This document shows positions 9,765-20,498 of a stretch of DNA of 64,000 nucleotides, in pieces. The translations under genes and the position numbers were made by a program. The stretch comes from SAR324 cluster bacterium SAR324-CTD7B (lineage in GTDB: Bacteria; SAR324; NAC60-12). Location of the stretch: positions 1,337 through 65,336 of the forward strand of contig LSNO01000093.1 in assembly GCA_002082305.1 (NCBI GenBank), written 5' to 3'. Within the stretch, counting starts at the first letter, position 1, and each line of letters opens with the position of its first letter. The notes beneath the pieces are model-generated. The model did not search any database, had not been told where the DNA came from, and saw nothing but the letters and a program-made list of their open reading frames with translations.

Positions 9765-9780
9765 AGCAATATTGTTGCCT
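9765..9780 (-). promoter_or_regulatory. Sigma54-like (-24/-12) promoter
   Basis: Minus strand reads AGGCAAC-AATA-TTGCT. GG-N10-GC spacing exact, perfect -12 element, one mismatch before GG. A very AT-rich tract lies upstream. Confidence 0.45.
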
Positions 9781-10060
9781 GAAAATATAATCAGGATAGG
9801 AAAAAGTTGAATAATCTATTAAATACTGGGCTAATATATTGTTAATACAGACTAATTTATTATTATTTTAAAATAAAAAAATTATAAAATAATTTTCATA
9901 ATTTACAATTGCGTTGATCAAAGAGCAAAACAATTTGTGGATTTGGGAGGAGAATTAAGATGTAAATCTATTTCATTAAATTCCCAATTACTTGTAAAAA
10001 ATACAATATGAAGGTATATATTGGTTTCAACTAAAACCACCAAATTTGGGTTTCTATTAA

Positions 10061-10813
10061 GTGGATAACGATTCATTTGAAAAAATAAATCAGTACAGCA
10101 GGCGTGAGGTGCTGAAATTTCTTTCATACTCAGGAGTGATGGGTACAATCGTGTTTCTTCTGAACAGTTGTACTCTGCCTGCCGGCATGAGACAAATCAT
10201 TGGTGAAGTTTTCATTAACGGACGTAGAATCCGGCCCGACCAGTTGAAAGGAACTGATGGTGTGCTTGTAGAAAATGATGCTTTGATCAGTACAGGATCA
10301 GCCGGATCTGCTGTCTTTGTTATTGGTAGAGATGCATTTATTATCCGGGGAAACAGCAGACTGGAACTTAACCCTACACTTGACAGGAAACAAAACTAAA
10401 TTTCCGGATTCGGTCTCAGATCATGAGCAATACTTTCAGTTTTTGCCGGGAAAAAGCGTACATTGAGAACCGTTACAGCCGTTATTGGAATCAAGGGAAC
10501 TGGAGTCTATCTTGAGGCTGATTCTGAAAAAACCTACGTGTGTACCTGTTACGGGACTTCCCATTTGCAGGTTAAGGATGCCCCCGAAATCAGTGAAACC
10601 GTCACCACCAGTCATCATGACCAACCACGTTTCATCTACTCTGGAGAAAAACGGATTGAACAAGCACCGGTGATCAACCATTCAGATCAAGAACTGATAC
10701 TGCTTGAAAAATTGGTGGGCCGCATTCCTCCTTTCGTAAAACCGAATAGGAACGATGGAGGAAAATCTTCAAAGTCAGATAACCCTTCTTCATCTAATAA
10801 ATACGGATATTGA
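10061..10813 (+). pseudogene. Tat-exported FecR-domain lipoprotein interrupted by two in-frame stops
   Basis: ORFs 10061-10399 and 10463-10813 are in the same frame. The bridge reads KQN*(TAA 10397)ISGFGLRS*(TGA 10424)AILSVFAGKK. Tat motif SRREVLK, lipobox LLNSC, FecR-like ISTG..SAVFVIG and TAVIGIKGTGVY. Confidence 0.7.
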
Positions 10814-11066
10814 TCCATTAATTAAGGTTTCCTGAATACCAAACCGGAATCGCTTTTATTGTGTTGGAGAGAGGCTTATACATTTTCACCCTGTTCCATT
10901 TTCCCGTTTAATATGGAATTGAATTCCAATATACAGGGATTATTAAAACCACAGCAAGTTCAGAATTACTGTCTTAAGGTGAAGGACAAAAGGGGAATTA
11001 TGTTTTAGATTGAAGCGGATTCAGATGAGTGATACTTTTATGGAAGCTAAAATATTTTGCAAATGA

Positions 11067-12356
<1,290 letters not shown>

Positions 12357-12401
12357 CCGCAAGTCTGCCGGGGTCGTGATTCTGAACCCAATCTGTCAAC
12401 A

Positions 12402-14000
12402 TTGAACCACTTGACATTCATTCCTTTGAAAAACAATCCTGAGGAGTCCGGACGCATTCTGAAAAACGCGCGGACGGTTACAATCTTTACCCTTTTTTCA
12501 CGAATCCTGGGTGCAGCGCGGGATTTAGTGATTGCGCATGTCTTTGGTGCCGGTTGGGTGACGGATGCTTTTGTGCAGGCTTTTACAATTCCGAATGTCC
12601 TGCGCCGCCTGACTGCAGAGGGTTCGATGACTCTTGCTTTTCTTCCTCTCTACACAGAAATCCGTGAACGCAAGGATCCTGAAGCTGCAAAGAAATTTGC
12701 GGCAAAAACTTTAGGGCTCGTCCTGGCAGCAACAACTATTCTGACCGGCTTGGGAATTCTTTTCAGTCCTCAGTTGGTTTATCTGTTTGCGGCAGGTTTT
12801 GCTTCAAGTCCGGAAAAATACGACTTGACGGTGCTGCTGACCAGAGTCATGTTTCCATATTTGATTTTTGTTTCGCTCGTTGCCTGGGCAATGGGGGTAC
12901 TCAATGCCGAAGGCCGTTTTGCAGCTCCGGCTGCAGCACCGATTTTATTAAATATCGGAATTATCGGGGCAGCATTCGGTATTTCTCCATTGTTGGAAGA
13001 ACCGATGATCGGCATCGGTATCGGTGTTCTTCTGGGTGGAATCGCGCAAATATTAATTCAAATACCCTCACTGAGAAAAGTTGGGCAATCCTTCAAACCG
13101 CAAAATTTTCTCAATGATGAGAATATTCAGCGCCTGCTGAAACTGCTTGGTCCGTCTTTGCTGGGAGTGGCGGTCTATCAAATCAATATCATTGTGCTGC
13201 GCAACCTCGCCAGTTTCATGCCCACAGGGCAAGTCACGCATTACTACAATGCCAGCCGACTCTCGGAACTGACTTTGGGTGTATTTGCTTTTGCAATCAC
13301 TTCAGCCGGCTTTCCGGAATTAAGTCAGCACACTGCTGCCAAAAACTGGGAGAAAATCCGCAACACCCTGCGCTTTACCATGTCCACAACTTTACTGGTC
13401 ATCTTTCCGGCCAGCGTGGGTTTGGCGGTTGTTGCAGAACCGATTGTGTCAATGCTATATCTGCATGGAGCGTATGCATGGAGCGACGTTCAAAATACCT
13501 CGCTCACGCTGCAGGCTTTTGCATTGAGTATTCCTGCGGTAGCAATGATTCGGTTGCAGACTTCAGTGTTTTTTTCACTTAAAGATACCCGCACTCCGGT
13601 CAAAGTTTCAATGTTCAGTATTTTGCTGACAGGGCTTCTGGGTTGGTGGTGGAGTCAAAGCCTGGAAATATTTGGCCTGGCCCTGGGGCTTGCTGCAGGA
13701 ACCTGGTTTCAGTGGATTCTGTTGTCGCTCTTTTTGCTCAAGCAATCCGAATTACGTAAAAATTGGTGGCCCCTGCGGTCGTCTTTGCTTTATATGCTGG
13801 CTTCAGCAGGAATGGGAGGTTTTGCCTGGTATTACAGAGGATATGGATCATGGGAAAACGGACCTTTTCTTGTTTACAACTGGGTGATTTTTGGAGGAAT
13901 ACTGCTTGGTTCAGCCTTGCTTTACGGATTATTGCTTTTAGTTTTCAGGGAAGAGCAAGTGCTGAGATTGAAAAACCATATGCTACAAATTAACACCTAA
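12402..14000 (+). CDS. murJ: Lipid II flippase MurJ (MviN)
   Basis: SRILGAARD..A..FGAG..TDAF..AF.IPN.LRRL.AEG motif and about 14 TM helices. Confidence 0.95.
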   Translation: MNHLTFIPLKNNPEESGRILKNARTVTIFTLFSRILGAARDLVIAHVFGAGWVTDAFVQAFTIPNVLRRLTAEGSMTLAFLPLYTEIRERKDPEAAKKFAAKTLGLVLAATTILTGLGILFSPQLVYLFAAGFASSPEKYDLTVLLTRVMFPYLIFVSLVAWAMGVLNAEGRFAAPAAAPILLNIGIIGAAFGISPLLEEPMIGIGIGVLLGGIAQILIQIPSLRKVGQSFKPQNFLNDENIQRLLKLLGPSLLGVAVYQINIIVLRNLASFMPTGQVTHYYNASRLSELTLGVFAFAITSAGFPELSQHTAAKNWEKIRNTLRFTMSTTLLVIFPASVGLAVVAEPIVSMLYLHGAYAWSDVQNTSLTLQAFALSIPAVAMIRLQTSVFFSLKDTRTPVKVSMFSILLTGLLGWWWSQSLEIFGLALGLAAGTWFQWILLSLFLLKQSELRKNWWPLRSSLLYMLASAGMGGFAWYYRGYGSWENGPFLVYNWVIFGGILLGSALLYGLLLLVFREEQVLRLKNHMLQINT

Positions 14001-15254
14001 TAATTCCAGCGTTGATGCCGCCATCACTTTGGCTGCCGTAACCATATCATCAATCACTATGTATTCGTCCGGCTGGTGAGCAAGGTCAAGGATGCCTGGA
14101 CCGTAGGCAATACAGTCATGCAGATGTCCGATGCGGGCAATGTGTTTTTGATCATAGGTACCGGGAGAAATGACATGTTCAGGAGTTTTGCCCAGGATGC
14201 TCTGAATTGCAGAACTGACGGCTTGGACAACCGGGGCATCCGCGTCGGTCATGGTGGGTAAAAATTCCATAATGTCCCGGATTTGATAGCGAAAATTCGG
14301 ACGGGAATCAGCGAGTTCATCCAATAAGTTTGTGACTTCTGCTTTGACTTCCGTGATATCTTCTTCAATTAAAAAACGTCTGTCCATAATGAGTCTGCAG
14401 GAGTCCGGAACACAAGGGCTCGGTAAGCCTTCAAAAGATTCGGCTTCACCTCCGTGAACTGCCTGCAGATTCAAAGTGGATCGCCTTGCTCCTTCTGGAA
14501 CAACCGGCATTCGTGTTTGTTTTTTGTCCAGTGCAGGAAAAAGCCGTGACTCAATTAGCTCCAAAAATGCACTCATGTGTCGAATGGCGGAATCGCCGAG
14601 AAAAGGCATTGAGCCGTGTGCGATTCGACCGAATGTTTCAACTTCCGCCCACCATGCACCCCGGTGTCCGAGACAGACACGATCAACATTCAAAGGTTCC
14701 GGAATAATTACATGATCGACCCGCGGTTTTGAGAAAAACCCTTTTTCTGCCAAAAAGGCAACTCCACCGTATCCTCCGGTTTCTTCATCAACAGTTCCGG
14801 AAATTTCGATTGCGCCCGGAAAATCAATGCTTTCTTCCAGGATAGCCTCCATGGCAATTACTGCGGATGCTAGTCCGCCCTTCATGTCGCAGGTGCCGCG
14901 CCCATAAATTTTTCCGTCACGCACCAGTCCCTCAAAGGGGTCAACAGTCCAGCCGCTGCCAGTAACAACAACATCAAGGTGTCCGTTGAAATGAACACAT
15001 GGTCCGGAATGTTTGCCTTCAATACGTGCAATCACATTATGACGGGGGTAACGCTCTGTGTCTCCGGGGGTATTATTGGCGCGTTCATAAAGCAGTGAAA
15101 AACCACTTTTCGCCAAACGGTTTCCCAGCAGTTCCGCGCATAGTAAATAATCCTCTCCCGGAGGATTGATAGTTGGAATACGTACTAATTCCTGTGTAAA
15201 TGAAACCAGTTCTTCACGTTTGGAGTCGATTCTGGCAAACAGTGATTCAATCAT
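13983..15254 (-). CDS. M20 ArgE/DapE-family deacylase
   Basis: FNGHLDVV, GRGTCDMKGG, DEETGG, AHQPDE. Overlaps the murJ 3' end convergently by 18 nt. Confidence 0.9.
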   Translation of the reverse strand: MIESLFARIDSKREELVSFTQELVRIPTINPPGEDYLLCAELLGNRLAKSGFSLLYERANNTPGDTERYPRHNVIARIEGKHSGPCVHFNGHLDVVVTGSGWTVDPFEGLVRDGKIYGRGTCDMKGGLASAVIAMEAILEESIDFPGAIEISGTVDEETGGYGGVAFLAEKGFFSKPRVDHVIIPEPLNVDRVCLGHRGAWWAEVETFGRIAHGSMPFLGDSAIRHMSAFLELIESRLFPALDKKQTRMPVVPEGARRSTLNLQAVHGGEAESFEGLPSPCVPDSCRLIMDRRFLIEEDITEVKAEVTNLLDELADSRPNFRYQIRDIMEFLPTMTDADAPVVQAVSSAIQSILGKTPEHVISPGTYDQKHIARIGHLHDCIAYGPGILDLAHQPDEYIVIDDMVTAAKVMAASTLELLGVNL

Positions 15255-15353
15255 CTATGACCCTTTGATGGAGATTTGTAATCACGACATGATAACAATA
15301 TCAATATCAATAAGACAATCTTCAATTGAAAAGTAAGTAAATGATTTCAGAAA

Positions 15354-15540
15354 CAGGAGAGAAAACCACGGGGATGAACATTGGAAACGGCAAACTGTAG
15401 ATCTCTTGTTAGGAGGCTTAAAAACAAATGACCCAGCTGCCTGCCGGTTTCCTTTGAACTTCTGGTCAGATTCTTAACAGGGATGCGGTAAAATTTGGGA
15501 AAGCATGAGGGGGCACTTTGCTTTTCGGTCAATCTCCCGC
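15354..15540. ncRNA. Putative structured RNA (~187 nt rod-like hairpin, 6S-like architecture)
   Basis: Nested complementarity: GGAGA/TCTCC, GAAAA/TTTTC, purine-rich bubble, ACTGTA/TGCGGT, ATCTCTTGTTAGGA/TCTTAACAGGGAT, TGACC.AG/CTGGTCA. It is GC-richer than its AT-rich flanks. Confidence 0.35.
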
Positions 15541-15743
15541 AACCATAAACTAATATCTGTGTCCAGTGTGTTATACTATGCCACGGGATAATTTTGATTC
15601 ATATTAGTAAATTTACGTAGATTGCAAAATAAAGTAAATTAGATGCAATATCAGTATTTTAAATAAAAACTACTACTAAAATTCATGTGATTTTCGGTGA
15701 GTATGTAGAGTGCCGGAGAAAAAATTCTAAAGGAATTTAATAA

Positions 15744-17006
15744 TTAGGTGACTTCGTGTTTCTGCCTGAAACGTTCTTCCCGCCATTCTTCCGTTTTGAG
15801 TACGTCAGCTAAAGCTTCCGCGGCATCCCACACATCAGTGTAGCGTAAATAAAGGGGAGCAAAACCAAAACGCATACTTCCCGGCTCTCTGAAATCGGCG
15901 ATTATTTTTCTGGCAATAAGAGCCTGAATGACAGCAAAACCATTTTCAAAATGAAGGGTGACTTGAGAGCCTCGTTTATCATGATCAGTTGGGCTCTGCA
16001 GAGTTACACCATAATTACGACATCCACTTTCAATAAGTTCAATAAATAGTTGAGTCAGACGCTGACTTTTTTTTCGCACTTGCTGAAGATCGACTTCCTG
16101 CGCAATTTCAAGACCGGCCTGCAGTCCCCTCAGAGATAAAACAGGTTGTGTTCCTGTCTGGAAACGACGAATGCCTTCTGCAGCATGGAAATTTTCTTCA
16201 AACTCAAAAGGACGTGCGTGTCCCCACCATCCTGAAAGAGGATTCTCAGCTTCGTTCTGGTGCCGCTTTGCCACATAGATAAAGGCGGGCGATCCCGGAC
16301 CACCATTCAGATATTTGTAAGTGCAGCCAACCGCAAAATCCACACCCCATTGGTCAAGTTCTACCGGCAAAACTCCTGCACTGTGACAGGTGTCCAGCAC
16401 AAATAAAGCTCCTGCGTCATGAGTTTTTTGGACAAGTTCTTCAATGTGCAGGATTTCCCCTGTACGGTAATTAACATGCGAAAACACGACTACCGCGACC
16501 TGATTGTCAATTAATTCTTCCAGTGAGTTTCCATCTTTGCCCAACAAACGCCTTTGAATGTTTTGATGAGTTGACGTGACTCCTTCCAATATGTAAAGAT
16601 CAGTCGGAAAACTGTCAGCTTCGGAGATCATCACTGTGCGTTCCGGACGTAGGGTCAATGCGGCATGGACGGTTTTAAACAGGTTTAGTGAAGTGGAGTC
16701 AGAAACAATAACTTGTCCGGAAGCAGCGCCGACAACAGGTGCTATTAATTCCCCTAGAGTTTCCGGCAACTCCCACCAGCCGGCCTTGTTCCAACTTGTT
16801 ATGAGGTCTTCGGCCCACTCTTTCCGGATAGCCTGCTCCAGTTGTTCGAGTGCCTTTTTTGGCATCGGGCCCAAAGAGTTTCCATCCAGATAAATCAGTC
16901 CTTGCGGCAAATAAAATGCCCCCTGCCAGCTGCGCAAAGGATCTGCCGCATCCTCTCTTTCACAAGCAGTTCTGGATTCAAGTAAATAAGAGATGTTGAT
17001 CGGCAT
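15744..17006 (-). CDS. kynU: Kynureninase
   Basis: IYLDGNSLG, FPTDLY, DFAVGCTYKYLNGGPG (PLP lysine), SGWWGH. Confidence 0.95.
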   Translation of the reverse strand: MPINISYLLESRTACEREDAADPLRSWQGAFYLPQGLIYLDGNSLGPMPKKALEQLEQAIRKEWAEDLITSWNKAGWWELPETLGELIAPVVGAASGQVIVSDSTSLNLFKTVHAALTLRPERTVMISEADSFPTDLYILEGVTSTHQNIQRRLLGKDGNSLEELIDNQVAVVVFSHVNYRTGEILHIEELVQKTHDAGALFVLDTCHSAGVLPVELDQWGVDFAVGCTYKYLNGGPGSPAFIYVAKRHQNEAENPLSGWWGHARPFEFEENFHAAEGIRRFQTGTQPVLSLRGLQAGLEIAQEVDLQQVRKKSQRLTQLFIELIESGCRNYGVTLQSPTDHDKRGSQVTLHFENGFAVIQALIARKIIADFREPGSMRFGFAPLYLRYTDVWDAAEALADVLKTEEWREERFRQKHEVT

Positions 17007-17117
17007 GGAAGGAATTTGAGCTGGGGATTTATGAATTCAAATGCTTTTCTTTGTTGAATTCTATAGACCCTCAGTCTGTATGTCGAGTAAATATTTTGGT
17101 TTGTTCGGCAGGTTAAA

Positions 17118-17756
17118 TTATCCTTGATGTAAAATTCCGAGAAAAATCAGACCGTCTCGAAACAGCATAATCGCGAATCCAATTAATGCAAAACCAAGGA
17201 ATTGCATGATACGCCGATACAATATTCCGTGCAGGAAATTTCTTGATTTTCCTGCTGCAATTGCGAGCAAAAGTTTGACTCCACACAAGCCTAAATAAAA
17301 ACTGAAAAGGAAAGTTATTCCGGAACCCAAAGTCTGTTGAAATGAGCGAACCATCAGAGGTGCTCCCACAGTAAACCAAAAAAGGTATGGATTGGGATTA
17401 ACTAAATTTGCAATCATTAATTCTTTCAGGAGTAGCGGGCGGGGTGTAAAATCCGTAATTTCTGCATTGGTGGTTCGAATACTATTTGTGCCCAAATATA
17501 GTAGAAAAACTGATCCAAACAGAGAAATTGCACCCAGCAGGATATTCATATTTGAAATTTGGGCGAATAAGAATCCGGAAATTAATACGACAGGGGTATC
17601 TGTCAGTAAAGGAATACAAGCCACTTTTGCACCGGCGCGGATGCCGTGACGTAATGTTTCAGAAATGATAAGTATCAACATTGGCCCGGGAGCAATTCCG
17701 GACGGAGCACCCAGGAGCAATCCAATAGTAAAGATTCCCCAAATACTATCGATCAT
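17118..17756 (-). CDS. LysE/RhtB family amino-acid exporter
   Basis: PGP motif in TM1, NLVNPNPYLFW, six TM helices. ATGA overlap with the dapF stop. Confidence 0.88.
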   Translation of the reverse strand: MIDSIWGIFTIGLLLGAPSGIAPGPMLILIISETLRHGIRAGAKVACIPLLTDTPVVLISGFLFAQISNMNILLGAISLFGSVFLLYLGTNSIRTTNAEITDFTPRPLLLKELMIANLVNPNPYLFWFTVGAPLMVRSFQQTLGSGITFLFSFYLGLCGVKLLLAIAAGKSRNFLHGILYRRIMQFLGFALIGFAIMLFRDGLIFLGILHQG

Positions 17757-18613
17757 GCAGGAATCTCAAAATCCAGACACTCTAAATCAAGGGTCATTTT
17801 GCCGATTCTAGTGACCGAGCCTTTCATAATGATATTATAATTTTCGCTGATTGTGATGTCGATTTGCCCTCCCGGCATTAAGACCGCGATTTCAGCATCG
17901 CACAAGCCCAGCCGATGAGCCACTGATGCCGCCGCACAACTGCTGCTTCCTGATGCCAAAGTGTAACCTGCACCACGTTCCCAGATTTCGATCCGGATCG
18001 TGTTGCGGTTCAGTACTTCCAAAAACTGCACATTTGTACGGTTTGGAAAGCTCGGATGCGTTTCAATCAAAGGCCCGAGCCGTCTGGTTTCGTCTGCCGA
18101 TATTTTTCGCTGCAGCACCACACAGTGCGGATTACCGATGGTGGCGGAGCAGAATGTTAATTTTTCACCGTTTATTTCCAATGTTTCATTCAACACTTCC
18201 CGACTTTCCCCCGTGACCGGAATAATGTTGCTTTGAAAACTTACAGAGCCCATTTCGACAGTTACGGACTGACCGGAACTGTCTACCTGTGCGCTGACAA
18301 TACCTCCGGATGTAACGATTTTAAATTTTGACTGGTAAACCAGTTTCCGGTCCCAGAGCGAACGCGCAAAAATGCGTAAACCGTTTCCGCTTTTTTCAGC
18401 CGTGCTGCCGTCCGGATTATATATTTTAAGTGTGAAGCAGTTTCCGGAGTCGTCTTTTCCTCCCACTAATATACCGTCTGAACCAAGTCCAAAGTTGCGG
18501 TGACATATTTTACGAACTTGTTCTGATGTCAGTTCATTTTCCGAAAAGTCCGGATGTTCACTGGTTGATACCAGGTAATCATTGCCAAGAGCATGATATT
18601 TGAGAAATTCCAT
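17753..18613 (-). CDS. dapF: Diaminopimelate epimerase family protein, Ser/Ser active-site variant
   Basis: KYHALGNDY, GSDG, NPDGS.AEKSGNG, GNPH, WERGAGYTLASGSS. The canonical CGNG and CGTG cysteines are both Ser. Confidence 0.85.
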   Translation of the reverse strand: MEFLKYHALGNDYLVSTSEHPDFSENELTSEQVRKICHRNFGLGSDGILVGGKDDSGNCFTLKIYNPDGSTAEKSGNGLRIFARSLWDRKLVYQSKFKIVTSGGIVSAQVDSSGQSVTVEMGSVSFQSNIIPVTGESREVLNETLEINGEKLTFCSATIGNPHCVVLQRKISADETRRLGPLIETHPSFPNRTNVQFLEVLNRNTIRIEIWERGAGYTLASGSSSCAAASVAHRLGLCDAEIAVLMPGGQIDITISENYNIIMKGSVTRIGKMTLDLECLDFEIPA

Positions 18614-18729
18614 TTTTTCAGGTTAAGATGATAACATTATAATAATTTAGGCCTTAAATAGTTAAACTATTATGCCCGGAGATTACTTTTGGTAAAACCA
18701 CATTCTGAATCTAATTTTGCTAACTTTAT

Positions 18730-20349
18730 TCAATAATCAGCTATTTTCTGAGCGGCTTCTGTCGGAGTAAGCGGTTTGTCTAAAAGCTGGCCGTTACTCA
18801 GCCGCAATAAAACGCCTTCTTCAGTCATGTAAACTTGCATAGGGTCACCGTTTTCATCCAGCATTTCCAGGGCATATGTCGATTTTCCGTCCAGAAAATC
18901 CGGAATTAATCTTACATTTTCCGGGGCGTTGTCGCCTATTTCTCTCCAAAGTGATTCTACTTCCTTGTATTGCTGGTCCAGCTGCCGGAGCTTTTTTTGC
19001 AAATCCTGGGGCGAAGCAAATTTTTCCAGTTTGCCTTTCCAAAAGAGAAACAATGATTTTGCTTCAGAAAAAACAAATACTGTATTTTTACCTATTTCCC
19101 GGAGGATATTATTCGCAATATTTTCCAAAATTTCTGGCGATGCAGTGACCATTTTTTTCAGGCGCTCACTGGATTCTTGAACAGGGATGTTAGAACCAAA
19201 TGACTGCATCATATCTTCCAAATTAAACTCAGACAATTTATTTGCAGTAGAACTCTTTGCAGTCAAAGTTTTATTTTTTGGCACAAATTTTAAATGTTTC
19301 ATTAAACTTTTCCCCGGAGGCTGTCCCTGATTCTGGAAAAAAAATATTAGAAACGTGCCCAGGAAAATAAACAATATAATCAGAATAATTTTCCGTAAAA
19401 ATTTTCCCGCAGATTTATTTTCATTTTTACTCCCAGCGGCAGATCTTTCCCTGTGTTTAAAAGAGTGTTTGGTTTTTTCGAGCATTTTCGCAGAAATTAT
19501 CGGCTCAGGGAAGTATGGCTGCAACTCCTGCATTAGTTGATCATTTCGTTCCTGAACCAGTTTTACTCTTTTAATTAACTCAAAACCGTGTGTTTTGAGG
19601 TAGATTTTCCGGAGCTCTTCCACAAGAAATTTTACGCCAGGATGGGTAGCTTCTTTAATTTCTTCCGGATCTTGCTTCGTTCCATTCCTAAATCGCTGGC
19701 ATTGATGAAGGACTTCTACTTCAAGTGCTTTTGAACCTACACGCAAGGCATGCCAGCGGTCCCGCGGAAACATAGGCGGCGAAACCGGCGGTGTTATATT
19801 TTCTTCATTTGAACTATTATTTGCAGAGTCTACAGATAGTGTTTTTGCCGATTTATGCTTACTTTTACGTACCTGACTTTTTTTCATTTGGAATATTTGC
19901 CAGTCTTTTTTGTAATTTGACCATGCCTGCTTGAATTCATCCCAATTATTGCGTAACTCTTTATTATGCTTAAATAATTTATTAAAAAGTGGTGCAATAT
20001 CTGGAAAAGAAAGTGGATCTTTTTTGCGGACGAGAATTGACAATTTCCGCATCTTTTCCATTTGCTTCTCCAGTAGCACGGACTCTTTGTCGATATGATT
20101 CCATTCAGTATTTGTCAATGGGCGTTTCCAATGTTCAACAACTGGAAAAATAAGCAATTCCATTCTGATTGTATCTACACAAATTCGATTCAGATCGATC
20201 GATTTGGTACTTGGGACATGTGTTTGAGTTTGCTGTTGCAATGCATGCCAGGCTTGCTTTGTTTTAGTGGATTTGTGATCCGGATTTGTGAGGAGCATAA
20301 AATCCTCAAAATGGTCACCTGAGATGGGAGTAATGTCTGATTTGTTCAT
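18730..20349 (-). CDS. Hypothetical single-pass membrane protein (539 aa)
   Basis: Long ORF with a basic N-terminal half, one central TM (IILIILFIFLGTFLIFFF) and a soluble C-terminal domain. Confidence 0.7.
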   Translation of the reverse strand: MNKSDITPISGDHFEDFMLLTNPDHKSTKTKQAWHALQQQTQTHVPSTKSIDLNRICVDTIRMELLIFPVVEHWKRPLTNTEWNHIDKESVLLEKQMEKMRKLSILVRKKDPLSFPDIAPLFNKLFKHNKELRNNWDEFKQAWSNYKKDWQIFQMKKSQVRKSKHKSAKTLSVDSANNSSNEENITPPVSPPMFPRDRWHALRVGSKALEVEVLHQCQRFRNGTKQDPEEIKEATHPGVKFLVEELRKIYLKTHGFELIKRVKLVQERNDQLMQELQPYFPEPIISAKMLEKTKHSFKHRERSAAGSKNENKSAGKFLRKIILIILFIFLGTFLIFFFQNQGQPPGKSLMKHLKFVPKNKTLTAKSSTANKLSEFNLEDMMQSFGSNIPVQESSERLKKMVTASPEILENIANNILREIGKNTVFVFSEAKSLFLFWKGKLEKFASPQDLQKKLRQLDQQYKEVESLWREIGDNAPENVRLIPDFLDGKSTYALEMLDENGDPMQVYMTEEGVLLRLSNGQLLDKPLTPTEAAQKIADY

Positions 20350-20464
20350 GTTTTTTATATAGACGAATTATGTTCCAACGAATATAATGTGTTTAGCATT
20401 GCAAAACTCGTACTTTAGTGTAATCCACTATCAAAACCGTGGTCGATCAGGGAATAAGTTATGT

Positions 20465-20493
20465 TTGACTTACAAATTAAATTACAGTAGAAT
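20465..20493 (+). promoter_or_regulatory. Sigma70 promoter of the grxD operon
   Basis: TTGACT-17 nt-TAGAAT. Confidence 0.7.
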
Positions 20494-20498
20494 ATCCT

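Noticed and set aside
10424-10426. In-frame TGA read as selenocysteine (selB is in the window) or as a recoded Gly
   Set aside because: An in-frame TAA lies nine codons upstream, the position looks like Gly rather than a redox Cys, no convincing SECIS hairpin follows, and many genes here end in TGA.
15347-15532. 61-aa minus-strand ORF over the structured element
   Set aside because: TTG start, no SD, no recognisable motif. The nested base-pairing explains the region better.
15490-15545. Glycine-riboswitch-like GCGGGAGA..CCGAA..GCAAA on the minus strand
   Set aside because: The conserved CTCTCAGG 3' element and a proper P2 stem are absent.
20362-20377. Third sigma54-like motif (TGGAAC-N5-TCGT) upstream of the 539-aa orphan
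   Set aside because: The invariant -12 GC is GT, and the site would put the TSS on top of the start codon.
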